A stretch of DNA of 48,177 nt from Planctomycetota bacterium (GTDB lineage: Bacteria > Planctomycetota > UBA1135 > UBA2386), in the NCBI GenBank assembly GCA_040375075.1, contig JBEITC010000001.1, positions 1 to 48,177 of the forward strand. Reading direction: 5' to 3'. The notes below the pieces were generated by a model, which saw only the letters and a list, made by a program, of their open reading frames with translations, ran no database searches and had not been told where the DNA came from. The translations under genes and the position numbers were made by a program. Shown here piece by piece: positions 43,689-48,177 of the stretch (position 1 is the stretch's first letter; each line of letters begins with the position of its first letter).

Positions 43689-46562
43689 TCAGCGAATGTC
43701 CCGCCGGAACGGCGCGGCCAGGAAGCCATGCGACGACTGCAGCGACCACTCCGGCACGGCAGCCCACGCGTAGCGAACCTGCGTCGGCACGGGCACGGCG
43801 CCGTTCTGCAACTCGACCATGCCATCGACCATTCGCGCCGCCGCCGGCCGGAACATGCCGTCCGCCCCCGCCAGCTCGAAGCCGTTGCCATGGGCGGCGA
43901 GCGCGAGTTCGCCTGCGCCTTGGAACGCGAGCAGCACGCGCGCACCGTCGCGCCGTGCGTCGACGCAGACCGGACCTTCGCACGGCACGGTTTCCCCGTA
44001 GGTGCGCGCCCGCGCCAGCGCGGCGAGCCGCTCGCCGACCGGTCGCTTCGCGCGCGGATGGATGTCCTTCGCCTCGCCGACGTCGAGCGTCACCACCATG
44101 CCGGTCTTCGGCAGCGCGAGCGCTGCAGCCTGCGCCTCGCGCAGCTCCGCCGTCTGTCCGGTGTCGTTGCCGTAGTCGTACGGCGCGATCTGCACGAAGT
44201 GGAACGCCAGCGCGTCGCCGAAGCCGCCGCGCCAATCGCGCACCAGCGCTGGGAACAAGCGGGCGTACTGGGTCGCGCGCCCGCGGTTGCTCTCGCCCTG
44301 GTACCAGATGGCGCCAGCGAACGGGAACGGTTGCAGCGGCGCGATCATGCCGTTCCACAGCACGCTGGCGCGATTGGGCCCGCCGTCGCGCGGCCAGGCC
44401 GGCAACTGCGCGAGCTTCGCCAGCGTCCGTCGTTGCCAACCATCGACGAGCGGGCGCGCCGTCTCCGGCGCCTCGCGCCGCAGCACGCGGAGCGCCGTCG
44501 CCGCGCCGCCGAAGCCGCCCTCGCCATTGGTGTCGACGACCCGCACACGCAGCTCGTGCGCGCCCGCGGTCGCCAGTCGACCAGGAACCACGTACGACCG
44601 GGGCGTGCTCCAGGCGCTGTCGCGATCCATGCCGCCGATGCGCTCCCCGTCCCACGTCGCGACATCCATGTCGTCGATCGGACCGAGCTCGACGACGAGA
44701 TCGGCGCCCGCCCACGCCGCCGGCACGTCGACGGCGACCCGGTACTCGGCGGCGCCATCGAAGTCGGCGAGCCCGGAGCTCGACCAGACGTCGGGCATCG
44801 CGCAGACGACGAACGTGCCCGCGGCGGCGGCTTCGACGCCACGCCAGAAACCACGCCGACGCGCTGCCGGATCCCCGGTGGCGCCGTCGCGCAACTGCGC
44901 CAACTGGCCGGCGAACTCGGGGAACTCGCGCAAACCGTCGGCGCTGGTCCAGGCTTCGGCGACGGTCCCGCCCCACGCGCTGACGACGAGCCCGAACGGT
45001 CGGCCGCGCGCCTGCTGCAGCGCGCGCGCGAAGTGGAAGCCGACCGCCGAGAAGTCCTTGGCGACCGCTGGCGTGCACACCTGCCATGCGCCATCGCAAT
45101 CGCTGAGCGGCAGATCGCTCGCGCGACGCGCGACGGTGAACACGCGCAGCGTCGGCAGGTCGGCGGCGGCGATCGCCTCCACGTGGCCGTCGATGCCTTG
45201 GCTCCAACCGGCCTTGCCGAGCTGCATCTCCATGTTGCTCTGGCCGGACGCCAACCAGACGTCGCCGGCGAGCACGTCGCGCACTTCGACGCGCTCGTCG
45301 CCGCACGCAACGGTGAACGTGTGCGGCCCGCCCGGCGTCGTCGGCGTGGCGAGATCGACGGCGAAGCGACCGTCCATGCCAGCGCGCGCATCGGCCGCAG
45401 CGCCCCACGACGCGGCCACGCGCACGGTGGCACCCGGCGACGCCACGCCACGCACCGCCACGGTCGCGCCGACCGGGACGACCATGTGGTCGGAGAACAG
45501 CCGCGCAAGCCGCAGCGGCTGCGGCGGCCAGCCGGCGCGCCGCGCGATCCGGCCGCCGCTGCCCGCGGCCCAGACGCTGCCGTCGCGGCCGACGGCGCAG
45601 GCGTGGAAGCCGGTGGACTCCTGCGTCGTTGCGCCGCCATCGCGCCAAGCGGTCGCCCCGTCCGAGCCGACCGCGAGCGCTTGCCCATCAGCGAGCCAAG
45701 CTACCGCCGAACGGAAGCCGCCGAAGCCACCGACCGCCGTCCACGTGCGGCCGCCGTCCGTGGTCTGCGCCGCGCCGCCGACCGTCGGATCGGCATAGTC
45801 ACCGCCGACGACGAGGCCGCGTTGCCCGCGGAACGCGAGGCCGAACGCGCCGCGCGACGGCGCGCCCGCTGGCAGCGGCAGCTCGTGCGCCGTCCAACCT
45901 TCGGCGTCGCCGCGCAGCAACCGCGCGCGCGCGCCGCCACCAGTGGCGATCCAGAAGGTCTCGCGACCCGGCGCGCCCGTCACGGCGACGCACGAACCAC
46001 TCGCCGCGAAGGCGGCTTCGCCCGGCAGCGGCGCAGGCAGGCTCGCAGCGGGCACAGCCTGCCACGACCCGCCGCCGTCGCGCGTCGTCCACACGCTGAA
46101 CGCGCCATCGATCGGATCGCCGAACAACACACCGACGTCGCCTTGGAACGCCATCGCGTCGAAGAACGCGCCGGCACGATCGTCCGCCAGCACGGTGCGC
46201 CACGTGGCGCCGGCGTCGTCGGTGCGCAGCACGCGCGCCGGCGTGCCAGCGACCATGGCCAGCGCGCGTTCGTCGTCGAAGGCCTCGACGTCGCGGAAGT
46301 CCCAGCGCGACGCGGTGGCCGGCGCGACGTTGCGCCATTGCGCGCCGCCGTCGGTCGAGCGCCAGATCACGCCGCCAGCGCCGCTCGCCCACGCCACCGA
46401 AGCATCGACCGCGCTGATTCCCCGCAGGCTCGCGTCGCCTGCCGCCGTCACGCGCCACGACGAAGCGTCGTCGCCATCGCCGCGCGGAGCGACGCAGGCT
46501 GCGACCAGGAGGAGAGCGAGACAAACGCGCGACAAGGCGGGTCGAGGCATGGCGTGAGGCAT
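43689..46562 (-). CDS. BNR/Ycf48-like beta-propeller fused to sialate O-acetylesterase (SASA/SGNH-type) domain (about 957 aa)
   Basis: ORF 43689..46664 trimmed to MPHAMPRPALSRVCLALLLVAAC; the ATG at 46550 is an alternative start. BNR-like repeats are present (WRSTDGGAQW, TDDAGATW, TRDGGGSW, TTDGGRTW). The second half carries LASGQSNMEMQLG and WYQGESN, typical of 9-O-acetylesterases. Confidence 0.8.
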   Translation of the reverse strand: MPHAMPRPALSRVCLALLLVAACVAPRGDGDDASSWRVTAAGDASLRGISAVDASVAWASGAGGVIWRSTDGGAQWRNVAPATASRWDFRDVEAFDDERALAMVAGTPARVLRTDDAGATWRTVLADDRAGAFFDAMAFQGDVGVLFGDPIDGAFSVWTTRDGGGSWQAVPAASLPAPLPGEAAFAASGSCVAVTGAPGRETFWIATGGGARARLLRGDAEGWTAHELPLPAGAPSRGAFGLAFRGQRGLVVGGDYADPTVGGAAQTTDGGRTWTAVGGFGGFRSAVAWLADGQALAVGSDGATAWRDGGATTQESTGFHACAVGRDGSVWAAGSGGRIARRAGWPPQPLRLARLFSDHMVVPVGATVAVRGVASPGATVRVAASWGAAADARAGMDGRFAVDLATPTTPGGPHTFTVACGDERVEVRDVLAGDVWLASGQSNMEMQLGKAGWSQGIDGHVEAIAAADLPTLRVFTVARRASDLPLSDCDGAWQVCTPAVAKDFSAVGFHFARALQQARGRPFGLVVSAWGGTVAEAWTSADGLREFPEFAGQLAQLRDGATGDPAARRRGFWRGVEAAAAGTFVVCAMPDVWSSSGLADFDGAAEYRVAVDVPAAWAGADLVVELGPIDDMDVATWDGERIGGMDRDSAWSTPRSYVVPGRLATAGAHELRVRVVDTNGEGGFGGAATALRVLRREAPETARPLVDGWQRRTLAKLAQLPAWPRDGGPNRASVLWNGMIAPLQPFPFAGAIWYQGESNRGRATQYARLFPALVRDWRGGFGDALAFHFVQIAPYDYGNDTGQTAELREAQAAALALPKTGMVVTLDVGEAKDIHPRAKRPVGERLAALARARTYGETVPCEGPVCVDARRDGARVLLAFQGAGELALAAHGNGFELAGADGMFRPAAARMVDGMVELQNGAVPVPTQVRYAWAAVPEWSLQSSHGFLAAPFRRDIR

Positions 46563-46609
46563 CAGTATCTTGACGCAGCGGTCGGGCAGCCACGGCCGCG
46601 CTCGCTCGC

Positions 46610-48177
46610 ATGCGTCCCAACCTCGTCGCCGTCGCCGCTCTCGTCGCCGCACCGCTGCATGCACAGGGCGAACGCGATCCGGACTGGGCCTTCCGCCCGT
46701 GGCGCACCGCCAATCCGCCGGCTGTCGCCGACGCCGCCTGGGCGACGCATCCGATCGACCGGTTCGTCCGCGCGAAGCTCGACGCCGCCGGCGTCGCTCC
46801 CGTGGGCGTCGCCGACAGGCGCACGCTGATCCGCCGCGCCACGTTCGCGCTCACCGGACTGCCGCCGACGCCGGACGAGGTCGAAGCCTTCCAAGCCGAC
46901 GCTGCGCCCGACGCGTTCGCCCGCGTGGTCGATCGCCTGCTCGCGTCGCCGCACTACGGCGAGCACCAGGCGCGCGCGTGGCTCGACCTCGCGCGCTACA
47001 GCGACAGCAACGGGCTCGACGAGAACCTCGCCTTCGCCAACGCGTGGCGCTACCGCGACTGGGTCGTGCAGGCGCACAACCAGGACCTGCCGTACGACCG
47101 CTTCGTCGCCATGCAGATCGCCGGCGACCTGCTCGCCGACGATCCGGCGATCGGCGTCGACGGCTACGTCGCGACCGGCTTCCTGGCGCTCGGGCCGCGC
47201 ATGCTCGCCGAGCAGGACAAGGAGAAGCTCGTGCTCGACACGGTCGACGAGCAGGTCGACCTCGTCGGCCGCACCGTGCTCGGCCTGACCATCGGTTGCG
47301 CCCGTTGCCACGACCACAAGTTCGACCCGATCCCGACGGCTGACTACTACGCGCTCGCCGGCGTGTTCCGCAGCAGCAAGAGCTTCCACAACCTCGACCA
47401 CGTCTCGCGCTGGTTCGACCGCGAGGCTGCCAGCGACGCCGCCATCGCCGCGCGCAAGGCCGCGGAAGCGCGCCGCGACGACGCCGAGAAGGCCTACGCC
47501 GCCGCCGCGATGGCCGCCGCCGACGAGCTGCGCGCCCGCATCGTCGGTGACGCCGGCCGGTACCTGCTCGCTGGCCACGAACTGCTGCGGCGCTCGCTGT
47601 TCACGCAGGCGGAGGACGCCACCGCCACCAGCCTCGGAGCCGACGACCGTGTCTACGGCGACGCCGCGACCAAGATCCTGCACACGCAGGGCGGTGGCGA
47701 GCAGTTCGCCGAGTGGCGGCTCGAGGCGCCAGCGGCGGGGCGCTTCCACCTTGCCGTGCGCTATGCCGCCCAGGAAGCGCGGCCGATGCGCGTGCGGCTC
47801 GATGGCGCCGTCGTCGCCGACGCGGCGCTCGCGGCGACGACCGGCGGCTGGCGCCCCGAGCACCAGCAGTGGCACGGCGTGGCGGTCGTCGAGCTCACGC
47901 CGGGCGCGCACACGCTGCGCCTCGAGGCCATAGGCCCGCACGTGCCGCACCTCGACGCCGTGCTGCTGACGCCCGCGGACCATGCCACCGACGCGGACCT
48001 GTTGGCGCCGGTCGTACGCCAGGCAGCGACCACCCTGGCCACCAGCCAAGCGAACGCCGTGGCGCGCTTCTGGCTCAGCCTGTGCGACGGCGACGACGCT
48101 GGCTTCGCGGCCCGCGCGCGGGCCGCGCAAGGCAAGGAGCACGGCGCGGAACACGTCGCGGAACACGGCAACGGCGG
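46610..48177 (+). CDS. DUF1549/PSD1-family protein with inserted CBM-like module; 3' end beyond the window
   Basis: Not in the ORF track because it has no stop in the window. Hand translation from the ATG at 46610 gives MRPNLVAVAALVAAPLHAQ (signal) ...HPIDRFVRAKL...TFALTGLPPTPDEVEAF...SPHYGEHQARAWLDLARYSDSNG...GLTIGCARCHDHKFDPI. The frame stays open to nt 48177. Confidence 0.9.
   Translation, partial: MRPNLVAVAALVAAPLHAQGERDPDWAFRPWRTANPPAVADAAWATHPIDRFVRAKLDAAGVAPVGVADRRTLIRRATFALTGLPPTPDEVEAFQADAAPDAFARVVDRLLASPHYGEHQARAWLDLARYSDSNGLDENLAFANAWRYRDWVVQAHNQDLPYDRFVAMQIAGDLLADDPAIGVDGYVATGFLALGPRMLAEQDKEKLVLDTVDEQVDLVGRTVLGLTIGCARCHDHKFDPIPTADYYALAGVFRSSKSFHNLDHVSRWFDREAASDAAIAARKAAEARRDDAEKAYAAAAMAAADELRARIVGDAGRYLLAGHELLRRSLFTQAEDATATSLGADDRVYGDAATKILHTQGGGEQFAEWRLEAPAAGRFHLAVRYAAQEARPMRVRLDGAVVADAALAATTGGWRPEHQQWHGVAVVELTPGAHTLRLEAIGPHVPHLDAVLLTPADHATDADLLAPVVRQAATTLATSQANAVARFWLSLCDGDDAGFAARARAAQGKEHGAEHVAEHGNG

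Noticed and set aside
43633-46829. 671-aa minus ORF (43633..45648) and 1033-aa plus ORF (43728..46829).
   Set aside because: Low-complexity Arg/Ala/Gly composition. The BNR/SASA fusion frame (43689..46562) explains the region with real motifs (GQSNM, WYQGESN, BNR repeats).
46562-48166. 534-aa minus ORF and 257-aa plus ORF (46570..47343) at the right end of the window.
   Set aside because: Both are Arg/Gly/Val-rich with no motifs. The unlisted plus-strand frame starting at 46610 encodes a textbook DUF1549 protein.
1-48177. Search for tRNA/rRNA genes, CRISPR arrays, IS elements, integrases, phage genes, toxin-antitoxin pairs or known defence-system hallmarks.
   Set aside because: Intergenic spaces are short (at most about 213 nt) and none has tRNA-like or repeat-spacer structure. 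No transposase, integrase, reverse transcriptase or nuclease-type ORFs were recognised.

Overview
Very GC-rich bacterial chromosomal segment (over 70% G+C by eye). All family calls below are motif recognition by eye; no BLAST or HMM search was run. The high GC fills the six-frame track with long Arg/Ala/Pro/Gly-rich wrong-frame ORFs. After discarding these and trimming N-terminal extensions, about 36 protein genes remain. The gene content suggests a Planctomycetota/PVC-like organism: a DUF1549/PSD1-type protein with the CARCHDHKFDPI motif, many prepilin-type proteins, and tight start/stop overlaps without obvious Shine-Dalgarno sites. This is inference only.

Layout:
1. 31-17134 (minus): a ten-gene, translationally coupled type II secretion / type IV filament-like pseudopilus operon. 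It is headed by an FHA protein and contains a 1734-aa GspK-like giant.
2. 17348-26432: housekeeping genes (rsmE, rlmI, a CoA-pyrophosphatase-type Nudix, pheS-pheT, rpmI-rplT) plus a 744-aa Cys-rich secreted protein.
3. 26617-30332 (plus): a five-gene operon combining two TusA-like proteins, a DsrE-like protein, an OsmC fusion and a short MetE-like zinc thiol methyltransferase.
4. An S46 peptidase and a hemerythrin.
5. 32897-42892: a divergent pair of operons holding three paralogous ATP-grasp ligases, a GT5 glycogen-synthase-like enzyme, a lipoprotein and an RND pump translationally coupled to one ligase.
6. An Sfp-type PPTase, a BNR-propeller/sialate-O-acetylesterase fusion, and a 3'-truncated DUF1549 protein that the ORF track omits.

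No rRNA, tRNA, CRISPR array, transposase or integrase was seen. The best candidates for an undescribed system are the ATP-grasp x3 / GT5 / RND cluster and the lectin-decorated pseudopilus operon.
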